A stretch of 64,000 nucleotides of DNA from IMG/VR virus record IMGVR_UViG_3300044846_005229, positions 62,001 to 126,000 of that record. The stretch is one strand, 5' to 3'. The translations under genes were made by a program, and so were the position numbers. This document shows positions 28,404 through 37,890 of this stretch, one piece after another; position 1 is the first letter of the stretch, and each line of letters starts with the position of its first letter. Below the pieces are notes generated by a model that saw nothing but the letters and a program-made list of their open reading frames with translations, was not told the origin of the DNA and made no database searches.

Positions 28404-28714
28404 TTTGGGTCAACTACAACTTCCCCCATTGCCTTGCCGACTAACTCACTGATTTTTTTGATGTCTGAAAGACGGAGATCAGCAATTTCGTCAAAGGAAA
28501 TTTTATCCTCACCGATTGTTAATCGTTCGGCCAATAGAAAGCTTTGCTTGGCTTGTTTGAATTCACCAAGTTCTTCTTCTAGGTAAATTAAATCCCTGCC
28601 GGTCATTTCCCTAATTGTGAGGGTTCGGCCGTCAGACAAAGTTTCACTATAAGTCTCAAGCCCAGTGACTGGTGTAGCCTTTACTGTGGTGGTTTCGTTG
28701 GATACGGTTCGCAT
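28397..28714 (-). CDS. Tail assembly chaperone (short form)
   Basis: LTIREMTGRD...DEIADL.LSD chaperone pattern; ends at slippery site C CCA AAA. Confidence 0.7.
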   Translation of the reverse strand: MRTVSNETTTVKATPVTGLETYSETLSDGRTLTIREMTGRDLIYLEEELGEFKQAKQSFLLAERLTIGEDKISFDEIADLRLSDIKKISELVGKAMGEVVVDPKS

Positions 28715-28947
28715 TTGGTTTTTATTGAGGGATACTCAGTGAGTTTTACCCTACTTGCCACCAGATGCCTTTCCAATTCTGCATCACCTTTCCCAGCAGG
28801 AAGTTTGAGATATAGATGGTTAGCTGTCTGCCAGCTTTTTTCAGCCCCATCTAAATCCCCCATATCGACCCTATCGCCAACATCATCGATCCAACTACGG
28901 ATAACTTCTTTGCGAAACTGTGGGTCTAAGGGTAGCGGAAATGGCAT
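28681..28947 (-). CDS. Hypothetical protein
   Basis: Probable start MPFPLP at 28947 avoids overlap with 29000-29197. Confidence 0.45.
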   Translation of the reverse strand: MPFPLPLDPQFRKEVIRSWIDDVGDRVDMGDLDGAEKSWQTANHLYLKLPAGKGDAELERHLVASRVKLTEYPSIKTKCEPYPTKPPQ

Positions 28948-29238
28948 GTTGCTGTTTGGGTTGGGACGTAGTAACTTCCACGGGCTTAGTGCCCAATAGT
29001 CAGAGGGCCTTAAGCATTTGGACAACTTGATCTTCGGAATAGTAAAGAGCATTGTAAGCGCAATCAACTGAAGAAGGGATAAATTTATCTTTTTTATCGA
29101 AGGGTTGTGGCATATAGAAAGTACCGAGGGATCCGGGATGCGCAATAACGGTGGCAGAAACAGCGCGATTCTTTTTCAGTTTTGGTTGTGTTGACATGGT
29201 GTTTTGGTAATTAGTTTGGATTAAACGTGAGTTGAAGG

Positions 29239-32184
29239 TTAAATGAGACCCTTCCGGATTGAATCATACCGGAAAGTCAACTTATTGACAGCACCCAATT
29301 CAAATAGTTGGGTCATTGAGTATTCAACCCCGGGTGGTTCATCACCCCCGGACTGATTGGATGGAGTTACCGTATTCTCTTTTGGGGACTTCCGGAGCCT
29401 GTCATCAATAGCAACCGAGGAGAAGAACGCTCGGCTCAATGGTAATTCGGGTATTTCCATCGCATAGTGGAATAAACACCAAGTGAAAAGGTGGGCAATC
29501 TGGAATAACACGGCAAACTGCTCTGCGTATTTTTCCGGTGTCATGAAATGCAGTTCATCATGGATGCTAATTATGAATCGGTAGGGGATCTTAAACTCTT
29601 CAGCCAGCCATGCCACGGCAGTTAGGGTGATAGACAAGATTTCAGACCCAGACGCTTGAATTGCCCAATTTGTCCTACCTGTTTTAAAATCATTGCCGAC
29701 TGCAGAGGGCATCATGGCCGTTGATATTTTTGTACCCAGACAAGGTAACCGGGGTGTACCCGGCCCCATGGAAATTCTTTCCATCATATTGAATGCGCCT
29801 GAGTCTGACCCACCTTCGTATTTACCGAACCTTAAGACCCCCTTCTTAGACGCAATAGCTTTAAGAGCAAAAGTCTTGACTGCATCCTCATCTTTATTGG
29901 GGAAGGTCATCCTGATGGGGTTACTAAGGGCTCTGACGCTCCCGCCGTACAAAGTAGCAAATCCTACAATCTTGGCCAGGTCCCTCGTTATTTTGAGCAT
30001 AGTGTCCTTTTCCTTATCAATTGGGGACACCCAGTAGCCATCACGGGGATGGCAATCATCGCTGTCTTCAGGTTTTTGCTCATATTTATAGCAGATCCCC
30101 AGGGTCTTATCCCAAATTAGACCTTCATACAGCTCGGGAAAGATGGCTCGGGCCAATGCAGTGTGAGGATCAGTGCCATTCTCTTTAGAACCCGAAAGCA
30201 CATTGTATCCCATGGGCGAACACCCAATGAAACCACCCTCCCATTTATCACTATAGATAGACGCAATCTGCATCTCTTGGCCGTCATAGTCCGCACTAAT
30301 GATTTTCCACCCCTCAGGGGCCTGAACACGGGTCTTAAGCTCGGTTCCGATGCGCCAGCTCTTGGTAGAGCACATGGTGGCCATAAGGCTCTCTACGACC
30401 CTCCGGGTGACGGTTCCGTGGCAGATGATCTCTGGAAGGGTAACGAGGTTAGGTTTCCCTAAGGGGTTGGTGGCCCCCATGACAATACGGCTTTTAACCC
30501 GGCTGCGAACTGATGTCCAAAAACTAATGGCATTGGCGATTTCTAGCGCCCTTTTTGCCTCCGGTAAGTCACTACTTAGTCTTCCAACTTCCATGTGAGT
30601 AACGAACTCTTTTGAGAATAGTCCGCCTACGTTTTCCCCAGGTTTCTTAGGGTGTGGGATTCTATCCAGGGTGCCTTCCCCCGTAGTAAAACACCAACCT
30701 TGTCCATCTTCCCAAACGATAGGGGTGCCTTCCCATTTTAGTTTCAGTAGGAAATGCGATAGTTTGCTTTTAACGCCAATCTCCTTATCAGGGTCCTTCT
30801 TATAGGGCCTCATCCAAGTGGGGATCCATGCGTAGACACCCTTAATAGACTTCACTTCCCAATCTAATTGGCGAATCCATGGGTCTTTTGATACCCATTT
30901 GCTTGCCTCTTTGACCCCGATTTCCTTTGTTTCGTGGCTGTCTACTATTTCCTTCCATGAATTGAAAGTATCCCATAGCAAAGTCTTACAAAGACCGGTC
31001 ATTTCCTGGTTATGGCTGTTATAGACTTCCTCAGCCCCTTGCACCCATTCAAACCAGTTGTCCACTAACGGCACCACAGACCCATTCAGATGGTAATGCC
31101 CGCAAAGCCCCACCATTGATGGTGTGCTATCAAGGTATTTTGGCCATAGAGCCTGGAATAATTCCGAAGTATAATAAGCGTCCTTAATGGCATAATCGAC
31201 TGTTTCAGCTAGTACCTTATTGATTTCGGAAAGCGTATCAGCGGTAACAAAAATGTTCCTAATTTCCTTGTCGGAATCTGATAATGGCTTTACATCGCCA
31301 TCGTCAAAGAAAAATTCCTTTGCCCGTTGAACATGAAAGTTGTATGTTTTAACTAGGGAGTTTGTGCTCCCCCTGTCAAGCCATTCTGGGGAGTACTTGA
31401 GTTTCCGCTTCTCCTCATCATCAAGCAGATCAAAGTCCTTTTCAGCCAGGGCATAAAGCCACCTTTGGCCTGATGCTAATCCTGATACGCCAACGTGGGC
31501 TGATAGGGTGTCAAAGTAGAAATTTTCCGGTTTGGTAAAATCTAGTGAATAACCCTCTTGGGCCCTCACACGGTCATAGGATATATTATGGCCAATAACA
31601 AGCCTATCAGTTCCAATTGGAATAAGTTTAAATTGATCCCAATCATTTTGGGGAATATCAAGGTTAACAAGCTCGGCGGCTAACCAAATATAGGCGGCCC
31701 TATCACTTAGAGCAGTTCCAATAATAGGAAAGGCCCCACCTTTAACGAAAGTTTCCGTGTCAAATGTAAATACTTTTTCTTCGGGGTAGGGTACTTCCCT
31801 AGTTTGCCACTGTTTGTCAGGGCCATCGCCGATAAGCTCATACCGCGTCCACCCCGATTGGAATACTAAATCGGTGATTGACGGAATCTTTGGTAGGGTG
31901 CATTTGGCAAATTTATTGCCTAGTTCCTTGTAGCGTCCAACTTGATTTTCTGCAATCTTTTCAAAGTGGTCGCGGATATTGTTGGCCTTTAGGCTAGGCA
32001 GGGGGACTGGCCCATCATAGATGCTTTCGGGATAATCAACTGGGGTCTCAATCCCAAATTTCCTCAAAAGGGAAACGGCCTGATCCTTTTGCTTGCTATT
32101 CATTTCGGGCCTGTAATCAGATCCAAAAATCTTTAGGTGCAAGTCATCGGACAAGACCGGGTAGCCAAGGGCAGTAGTTTTCAT
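29239..32184 (-). CDS. Family A DNA polymerase, mitochondrial Pol-gamma-like
   Basis: Exonuclease motifs FDTET, GHNISYDRVR and FDTLSAHVGVSGL; polymerase motifs HGTVTRR, RIGTELKTRVQAPEGWKIISADYDGQE, RDLAKIVGFATLYG, NWAIQASG and ISIHDE. Confidence 0.92.
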   Translation of the reverse strand: MKTTALGYPVLSDDLHLKIFGSDYRPEMNSKQKDQAVSLLRKFGIETPVDYPESIYDGPVPLPSLKANNIRDHFEKIAENQVGRYKELGNKFAKCTLPKIPSITDLVFQSGWTRYELIGDGPDKQWQTREVPYPEEKVFTFDTETFVKGGAFPIIGTALSDRAAYIWLAAELVNLDIPQNDWDQFKLIPIGTDRLVIGHNISYDRVRAQEGYSLDFTKPENFYFDTLSAHVGVSGLASGQRWLYALAEKDFDLLDDEEKRKLKYSPEWLDRGSTNSLVKTYNFHVQRAKEFFFDDGDVKPLSDSDKEIRNIFVTADTLSEINKVLAETVDYAIKDAYYTSELFQALWPKYLDSTPSMVGLCGHYHLNGSVVPLVDNWFEWVQGAEEVYNSHNQEMTGLCKTLLWDTFNSWKEIVDSHETKEIGVKEASKWVSKDPWIRQLDWEVKSIKGVYAWIPTWMRPYKKDPDKEIGVKSKLSHFLLKLKWEGTPIVWEDGQGWCFTTGEGTLDRIPHPKKPGENVGGLFSKEFVTHMEVGRLSSDLPEAKRALEIANAISFWTSVRSRVKSRIVMGATNPLGKPNLVTLPEIICHGTVTRRVVESLMATMCSTKSWRIGTELKTRVQAPEGWKIISADYDGQEMQIASIYSDKWEGGFIGCSPMGYNVLSGSKENGTDPHTALARAIFPELYEGLIWDKTLGICYKYEQKPEDSDDCHPRDGYWVSPIDKEKDTMLKITRDLAKIVGFATLYGGSVRALSNPIRMTFPNKDEDAVKTFALKAIASKKGVLRFGKYEGGSDSGAFNMMERISMGPGTPRLPCLGTKISTAMMPSAVGNDFKTGRTNWAIQASGSEILSITLTAVAWLAEEFKIPYRFIISIHDELHFMTPEKYAEQFAVLFQIAHLFTWCLFHYAMEIPELPLSRAFFSSVAIDDRLRKSPKENTVTPSNQSGGDEPPGVEYSMTQLFELGAVNKLTFRYDSIRKGLI

Positions 32185-32252
32185 CGGCGTTAGGTTGATA
32201 TGACTGTGGGTTATTTGACTGTGGGCTATGCGGCTATTTGACTATTCAGCCA

Positions 32253-32576
32253 TTAGGACACTGAGTCCAAAGGTGGTGGCACTAGGCTGTCGGCAACTGG
32301 GGAAAGGATTGCGCTGAAACCATCGCCAAATATACGTTTTGAAGGCTGCGCCCATCGTGGTTGGTTTTCTGACCAGCTATGGACATAGTAGCTGAATGTG
32401 ACGGGTCTACCGAGAGTGTCGCTCGGGGCATTGCCTGATGTGCCCAAGAAGTAACCGGAGTAAAGGTTGCTCCACCCCATGTAAGGCTTGGCTATGATGT
32501 TGCCGTATTCACTTACTGACTCCTCCCCAATAATGTCAGCTACGGCTTTCGCCATTACTACTGTAAGTGGTACCAT
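32253..32576 (-). CDS. Hypothetical protein
   Basis: 107-aa ORF with GGGTAAAA 26 nt upstream. Confidence 0.45.
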   Translation of the reverse strand: MVPLTVVMAKAVADIIGEESVSEYGNIIAKPYMGWSNLYSGYFLGTSGNAPSDTLGRPVTFSYYVHSWSENQPRWAQPSKRIFGDGFSAILSPVADSLVPPPLDSVS

Positions 32577-33484
32577 TCTTCCTCTCTTTCAATTTCTTCA
32601 ATTTTACCCCTTACCCAAGTTGATTCCGTATCATCATCTAGGTCACCATCTAGTTGGAAATTAATTGATTGATTTAGTTTTTGAAAACTTACTTCAAAAT
32701 CCTGAAGACCTGAACTTATGTAAACATCTTTTCTATTTCTCTTGTAGATGTCAAATACGTCATCAATTTTTGAAAATTCATGGGGGCGGCATTCCGGGTG
32801 CTGCTGCCACTTTCTCATTTCGAAGAATGAAAATGGCTCATCGATTTCCCATGATTTATCTTTACCTTCGAAAAGTCTAATAAGGGCGTCCCTCTTCCAC
32901 CAATTGCTTACTCTGTCAATATAATACTCCCATGCAGTTTCGTCAGTCAAGTAAGTATCACAATCTTTACGGATTGACTCAAGTTCTTTTTTACCGTCGT
33001 TTATGACATCCATGGTAGCTTCAGGGAGCACACCAAATAGGTACTCAGGGCGGCACTCATTGATGCGTTCATACACACTGGGAAACAAAACCGAGTAGCA
33101 CATTAGCTTATAGTCGTCAGAATCTCCACAAATTAAATCTAAGATAGTTTCAAAGATTGATATTGACGTTGCGATTTGCTTTTCCAGGTCTGGCTCGTGC
33201 TCTTCTTCCCGGTCTGGCAGTCCTCTTTCACTTCTAAGATCACGAATTTCACTCATCAACCCCTCAATATCAAGCTTTAGCTTCTTGTTTTCCCTACCCA
33301 TTTCTCTTTCTAGCCGTGCCTTGTAAGCCTCCACTTCGTAGAATAGGTTTGTAACTTTTTCTTTTAGATAATCAAGAGATAATGCCGTCTTATTATCTAG
33401 TTGGGTGCGAGCATTAAAGTCTTTTTCAACACTGCGGATACTGGAGAGAACGCTGGTTTTTAATTTGAGAATCGAATCGTTCAC
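32558..33484 (-). CDS. Hypothetical coiled-coil protein
   Basis: 308-aa ORF, co-oriented and abutting its neighbours. Confidence 0.6.
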   Translation of the reverse strand: MNDSILKLKTSVLSSIRSVEKDFNARTQLDNKTALSLDYLKEKVTNLFYEVEAYKARLEREMGRENKKLKLDIEGLMSEIRDLRSERGLPDREEEHEPDLEKQIATSISIFETILDLICGDSDDYKLMCYSVLFPSVYERINECRPEYLFGVLPEATMDVINDGKKELESIRKDCDTYLTDETAWEYYIDRVSNWWKRDALIRLFEGKDKSWEIDEPFSFFEMRKWQQHPECRPHEFSKIDDVFDIYKRNRKDVYISSGLQDFEVSFQKLNQSINFQLDGDLDDDTESTWVRGKIEEIEREEEWYHLQ

Positions 33485-33485
33485 G

Positions 33486-34055
33486 TTAAATTGGTTTGAT
33501 GGTTGCTTTTAGTTTGTTTTCTGGTTCTCCGGGTTCAGTTGTATCTGATGGCCGGATTATGAAGCTGAATTTCTTTTCAGGGTCTGATAGCAGATGAAAA
33601 TCACCCATAAAATGTTTGCCTTCAGAAGATAACAAAAATGAATTACCCGGTGTCGGCGGAGAACACAAGGCAATGTCACCTTCTAAATCGGGGTCAGCCT
33701 CTTCGATGGCTATTACTAATTCCCTGTAAATGGCGGAGGTCTTGGCTAGATCCTCATCAGTGGTTATTTCAGCCCTGACTTCATCCTGTACGGCCTCTAA
33801 GCGAGATTCTAGGCCAGTGTCAAGCTGGATGGTGAAGATAGCTCCGTCATTTTCCGACTCAAACATGACTTCTTCAGGTTCAAATTCACAGTCTTCGGGC
33901 TCTTGATCTGTGAAATCAAACTCCAGAAGCGAGTAGAAAGCTTCTTTAAGTGTGTCACCGTCTGGGCCACCTAGGTAGTTGGCTATGGCATAGAAGATTT
34001 TGGGGTTTGCTAACAATCTGGAGACAGGGTATACAATTGACATAGTTCGGTCCAT
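33486..34055 (-). CDS. Hypothetical acidic protein
   Basis: 189-aa ORF with TGCTATACT upstream. Confidence 0.6.
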   Translation of the reverse strand: MDRTMSIVYPVSRLLANPKIFYAIANYLGGPDGDTLKEAFYSLLEFDFTDQEPEDCEFEPEEVMFESENDGAIFTIQLDTGLESRLEAVQDEVRAEITTDEDLAKTSAIYRELVIAIEEADPDLEGDIALCSPPTPGNSFLLSSEGKHFMGDFHLLSDPEKKFSFIIRPSDTTEPGEPENKLKATIKPI

Positions 34056-34146
34056 CTACTCTTAGTATAGCAGGGAGGCCCCGTAAGTAAACCCCCCTTG
34101 TGTTTTACCCTGATTTTTAGGGGGAAAGTGTTGCATTTAGATTTTT

Positions 34147-36201
34147 TCAAGAGATTGAAGGGAGTTTAATTTCAGTTAAGTTCGCAATTTTAGCCCCTTT
34201 CGCACCAGGTTTCCCTAGCTTTATGGAAAGGTCAATTTTTGCTGGTTTTTTCTTTGTCGATACCCACTCGATGGTAAATGGTTTCTCCCCAAAATACATA
34301 AAGACGGCCCCTTCCGGCAACCATTGTTTGCCTGTACTTGTGGTTCTACACAGGGTTTCACCATCCATGGCCATAGCCCTTAGTTGACCATCAACCATGA
34401 ATACAGCCAGGTATTTGCGTCCCGAGACGTATGCTTCCGGTTTTGCAAGCACCACAGGTGAATACCCTGTGGAAATTACACCCTTATAGGAAGCAGGCAC
34501 CTTCTTTAGCATTCCGTCCTCGCACACTAGGATTAGCTTGTCGGTAGACCCCATGGCCAGGCAACCCTTGGGACCCTTAGATTGCTCGACGGTACCTTTC
34601 TTCATGTCGATTTTCAGGAAGCGCGGTTTTGCTATCAGGGTAGTGGCTGAGGTGGCAGATTCCCCATTGTCTACTCTAGGGCGAGTTACCGTAGAAACCG
34701 GAACATCAATTAAAGGGCTCCTGCGGGGAACCCCATATTGCTTGTTAATCCTAGCGAGTTCCTCCAACATGTATGTCTTTCGAGCACTGACATTATCGGC
34801 TTCGTCCCCCACCAAAGACCCGAGCCTTTCAATGTCAGCCAGTAGTTCATTCTTTTCGCATACCATCGAATCAAAGTCTAGGCCTGTTAATTGCCGCAAC
34901 CTCATTTCTAAAATGGCATCAGCTTGTTGTTCGGTGAATTTAAGCGGCGGTGACATTAGGGATTGCTTGGCTTCAGATTTGTCATTTGCGGCACGAATGC
35001 GTTTAATGACTAGGTCCATCCGGTCAATCGCCTTTAGGAGGCCATCAACGATGTGTAATCTTTTGTTTTTTGCCTCCAGTTCATGTTCAAATTTAACATC
35101 AAGCCGACCCAACCTCCATTGGACCCATCGTTGGATAATTTGGACCGGTGATAACTCAACGGGCTTAAACCCATCGATAACCAAGGTTTTAGCCGAGTAT
35201 TTGCAATCAAGGTCCGTATATGTGTATAGCAACTGCTTTACCAAATTAATATCAGCACCAGGTTTGAGGACCACCACCAGCCTATCCCCACTAATATCAC
35301 TTTCATCTGTGATCTCGGCTATCCCCTCAATACGTCCTTTTTCTAACTCACTCTTGATCTGCTCACCAAGTTTCTCTGGATTGGTGCCAGGTGGCAAACA
35401 AGTGAAAGTCAAGGTGGATCGATCCCTTGATTTTCCGCCCCTTTTCTGAATACCGGACTCAACACGGGCCATACAGCGTATGCCCCCGATTCCAGTACGG
35501 GTATAAGCATCTAGTTGCTCGTCTTGGACGATTTGGGTGCCAGTTGGGAAATCGGGAATTAGAGATAGGCTGGCTTTTTTTATATTATCAAGGTGGGCCT
35601 TTTCGGTAGGGGCATCCTTGCAAATTAACTTAATGGCTTCTACGATAGAACGTAAGCTGTGGGGAGCCAAACGGGTAGCAAAACCCACGGCAATTCCTGA
35701 GTCACCGTTTAGCAAAACGGTTGGCAAAGAAGTATTAAACCTGATGGCCTCCCGCTTACTGCCATCATAGTTTGATTTAGTTTCCCACACTTCCCGGTCT
35801 TGTAAAAGAAGTTCCACTGCGGAAATTCGTAGTCTATTTTCTAGGTACCTTTCTGCTGAGGGGGAGTCAACTGTGCTTCCAATATTTCCATGACAATCAA
35901 TCCAAGGGACATTATTGTTCCAGGGGGTAGCCATGTTAATCAGGGCCCCGTATGCAGAGCCATGGGGATGGTAATAGGCACTAGTTAGGCCCGTAGTTCG
36001 GGCACACTTTACATACGGTTTATTCGGAAGCAATCCCTCTTCAATCATCGTCTGAAGGATGCGTCTTTGAACTGCCTTTAACCCATCGTAAATGTCCGGT
36101 ATCGATCTCCCGATAAGCACGGCCATACTGTAGCTCAAATAGTCTTCCTTGAGCTGATCGACGAGATTGACTTCTGTGATTTTTGGCCTAGTTTTAGTCA
36201 T
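34147..36201 (-). CDS. Type IIA topoisomerase subunit A (GyrA/ParC-like)
   Basis: YLSYSMAVLIGRSIPDIYDGLKAVQRRIL, YHPHG, SAERY (catalytic Tyr), GIAVGFAT, PDFPTG and QADAILEMRLRQLTGL. Confidence 0.92.
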   Translation of the reverse strand: MTKTRPKITEVNLVDQLKEDYLSYSMAVLIGRSIPDIYDGLKAVQRRILQTMIEEGLLPNKPYVKCARTTGLTSAYYHPHGSAYGALINMATPWNNNVPWIDCHGNIGSTVDSPSAERYLENRLRISAVELLLQDREVWETKSNYDGSKREAIRFNTSLPTVLLNGDSGIAVGFATRLAPHSLRSIVEAIKLICKDAPTEKAHLDNIKKASLSLIPDFPTGTQIVQDEQLDAYTRTGIGGIRCMARVESGIQKRGGKSRDRSTLTFTCLPPGTNPEKLGEQIKSELEKGRIEGIAEITDESDISGDRLVVVLKPGADINLVKQLLYTYTDLDCKYSAKTLVIDGFKPVELSPVQIIQRWVQWRLGRLDVKFEHELEAKNKRLHIVDGLLKAIDRMDLVIKRIRAANDKSEAKQSLMSPPLKFTEQQADAILEMRLRQLTGLDFDSMVCEKNELLADIERLGSLVGDEADNVSARKTYMLEELARINKQYGVPRRSPLIDVPVSTVTRPRVDNGESATSATTLIAKPRFLKIDMKKGTVEQSKGPKGCLAMGSTDKLILVCEDGMLKKVPASYKGVISTGYSPVVLAKPEAYVSGRKYLAVFMVDGQLRAMAMDGETLCRTTSTGKQWLPEGAVFMYFGEKPFTIEWVSTKKKPAKIDLSIKLGKPGAKGAKIANLTEIKLPSIS

Positions 36202-36982
36202 TAGTAATTTCTTCCCTTAGCGAGGGATCAATGCCCCTAGCAGTTTGATATAGAGTGAGGGGACCAGGTGTTGATATTTTCCCAGTCACTAAGCAGCGTA
36301 CACGCCTAGAATTAATTTTTTTAGCCATTTCAGAAAAATGCAGGGGATTCTTGGCCAATGTCACACGCGCTGATCGCCTAGCATGATTGCTAAAAAACTC
36401 AGGGTCTTTGCTTAGTTTAGTTTGATTAGCTTTTTCACATGCTTGTTTCCTCTTTTCTGGAGTCATGGCCTTTTTCATCGCCAAATACCTACTTTCTTTT
36501 TCTTCAGGGGATAACTTGGCCATCGCCGCTCGACCCCCTGCTTGTTTCTGCTCCTGGGTTTGACTAAGTGCCCCCTTTCTAGAAAACTCTGCTTTTTCTT
36601 CAGGGGATAACTTGGCCATCGCCGCTCGACCCCCTGCTTGTTTATGCTCCCGGGTTTCTTCTCTGGGGAGACCGTTCCATCTAATTATTGCGGGAATGGC
36701 TTTTACCTTCATCCACTTTCGCCAAAGAGATAAAATCTCCCCCTCAAGGTAAGATTTCTCCCAACCCCAAATACAAGGGTGGTTACACTCCTCTGACTGC
36801 AAAACACCTTGAATAGCGTGGTGCTCTTTGAGCAGAAGAACGGTATTACTTCCCCCTAGGCATTTTGGGACGGGGTAATGACATGACTCCCAATCCCCAT
36901 GGCAAGAATTACCAGGTTCCAGCCGATTGTCAAAATAGTAGTCTTCGCACCACCTTACAAATTGCTCCTGAGTCGGCATCAT
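36194..36982 (-). CDS. Free-standing HNH homing endonuclease-like protein
   Basis: HYPVPKCLGGSNTVLL..EHHA motif followed by basic helical repeats; probable start MMPT. Confidence 0.65.
   Translation of the reverse strand: MMPTQEQFVRWCEDYYFDNRLEPGNSCHGDWESCHYPVPKCLGGSNTVLLLKEHHAIQGVLQSEECNHPCIWGWEKSYLEGEILSLWRKWMKVKAIPAIIRWNGLPREETREHKQAGGRAAMAKLSPEEKAEFSRKGALSQTQEQKQAGGRAAMAKLSPEEKESRYLAMKKAMTPEKRKQACEKANQTKLSKDPEFFSNHARRSARVTLAKNPLHFSEMAKKINSRRVRCLVTGKISTPGPLTLYQTARGIDPSLREEITND
36496..36643. repeat. Perfect 52-nt direct repeat within HNH gene
   Basis: Identical copies at 36496-36547 and 36592-36643 (KQAGGRAAMAKLSPEEK x2). Confidence 0.9.
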
Positions 36983-36989
36983 TTTAGCA

Positions 36990-37553
36990 TTAGTCAAGGT
37001 AAAAATCCAGATAGTCAAGGATTGTTTCCTTGGCTTCCGATGCTTTTACCCGAACAGGAGTAAAACTTTTGCCGTACTCAGTTGAAAACGAATTAAGATA
37101 CTCCTCAAGGTGCCCATCCAAACGTAAAGCGTCTTCTTCAGATTCATATCTGCCTTGGGGATCATATGTGAAATCTCTACTTAATAGGAAATTCAAATGC
37201 ACCACACCGTCATTAGTAGAGTGGTTTACAAACCCCTTGGCCGCCTCATCGACGTAACTGGATATCACACCGTGGTAATAGGTGGCATAAAACCCGGCAA
37301 GCAATACCGGGGAGTCAGTGACGATGTACCTCACGGTGCCATACAGGAAGGACTCATAATGGGATTGTTTACCTAGTAGGTACAATTGGTCGTACTTCCC
37401 GATTTTCCTCTTTGTGTAAGCCCAGTGTTTGACATATTCGCGGACAAGTTCTGCGCTTTCGCCTTGTTTCTTGAGTTCACTGTAGATGCCGGGCGCAGCA
37501 GTGGATTTACCAGTTCCGGGTCCACCAAATAGATTAATTACGGTAGTTTGCAT
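36990..37553 (-). CDS. P-loop nucleotide kinase (NadR/AAA_28-like)
   Basis: INLFGGPGTGKST, ELVREYVK, IVTDSP and GRYE motifs. Confidence 0.75.
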   Translation of the reverse strand: MQTTVINLFGGPGTGKSTAAPGIYSELKKQGESAELVREYVKHWAYTKRKIGKYDQLYLLGKQSHYESFLYGTVRYIVTDSPVLLAGFYATYYHGVISSYVDEAAKGFVNHSTNDGVVHLNFLLSRDFTYDPQGRYESEEDALRLDGHLEEYLNSFSTEYGKSFTPVRVKASEAKETILDYLDFYLD

Positions 37554-37620
37554 TTTGAGTTAGAATGTCAATCAGGGGTATTGTATTAGCCGGAAGTCAA
37601 AAGTCAATGGGGGTCGGAGG

Positions 37621-37818
37621 TTATGAATGCTTCAGGTAAACATCCTGCAGGCAATCGGGACATTTCCAGCTTACTATTTTATTATCTTCCAGGCATCCAA
37701 GTAAGCGCGAATGGAAAGCTCCCGGTTCGCACGTATCAGGTAAAAGCATTTCGCTTGCTATGAGATTTGTGCAACAATGGGGGCATTGCTTGCAGTGTAG
37801 AATGGTGGGATATGGCAT
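37621..37818 (-). CDS. Small zinc-ribbon protein
   Basis: CPHC...WKCPDC. Confidence 0.5.
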   Translation of the reverse strand: MPYPTILHCKQCPHCCTNLIASEMLLPDTCEPGAFHSRLLGCLEDNKIVSWKCPDCLQDVYLKHS

Positions 37819-37890
37819 TAGGGTTATTAGTGTAGAATAGTGGGGACTAGTATGGGGCTAGTATGGGCTATTTAGACCAACCCCTCAGCA

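Noticed and set aside
149-28714. Extracellular contractile injection system or tailocin
   Set aside because: Portal, protease, capsid and a DNA polymerase are present, so this is a complete phage
36194-37018. HNH gene as part of another intron in gyrA or the kinase
   Set aside because: Both flanking genes appear complete and no P/Q/R/S elements flank it
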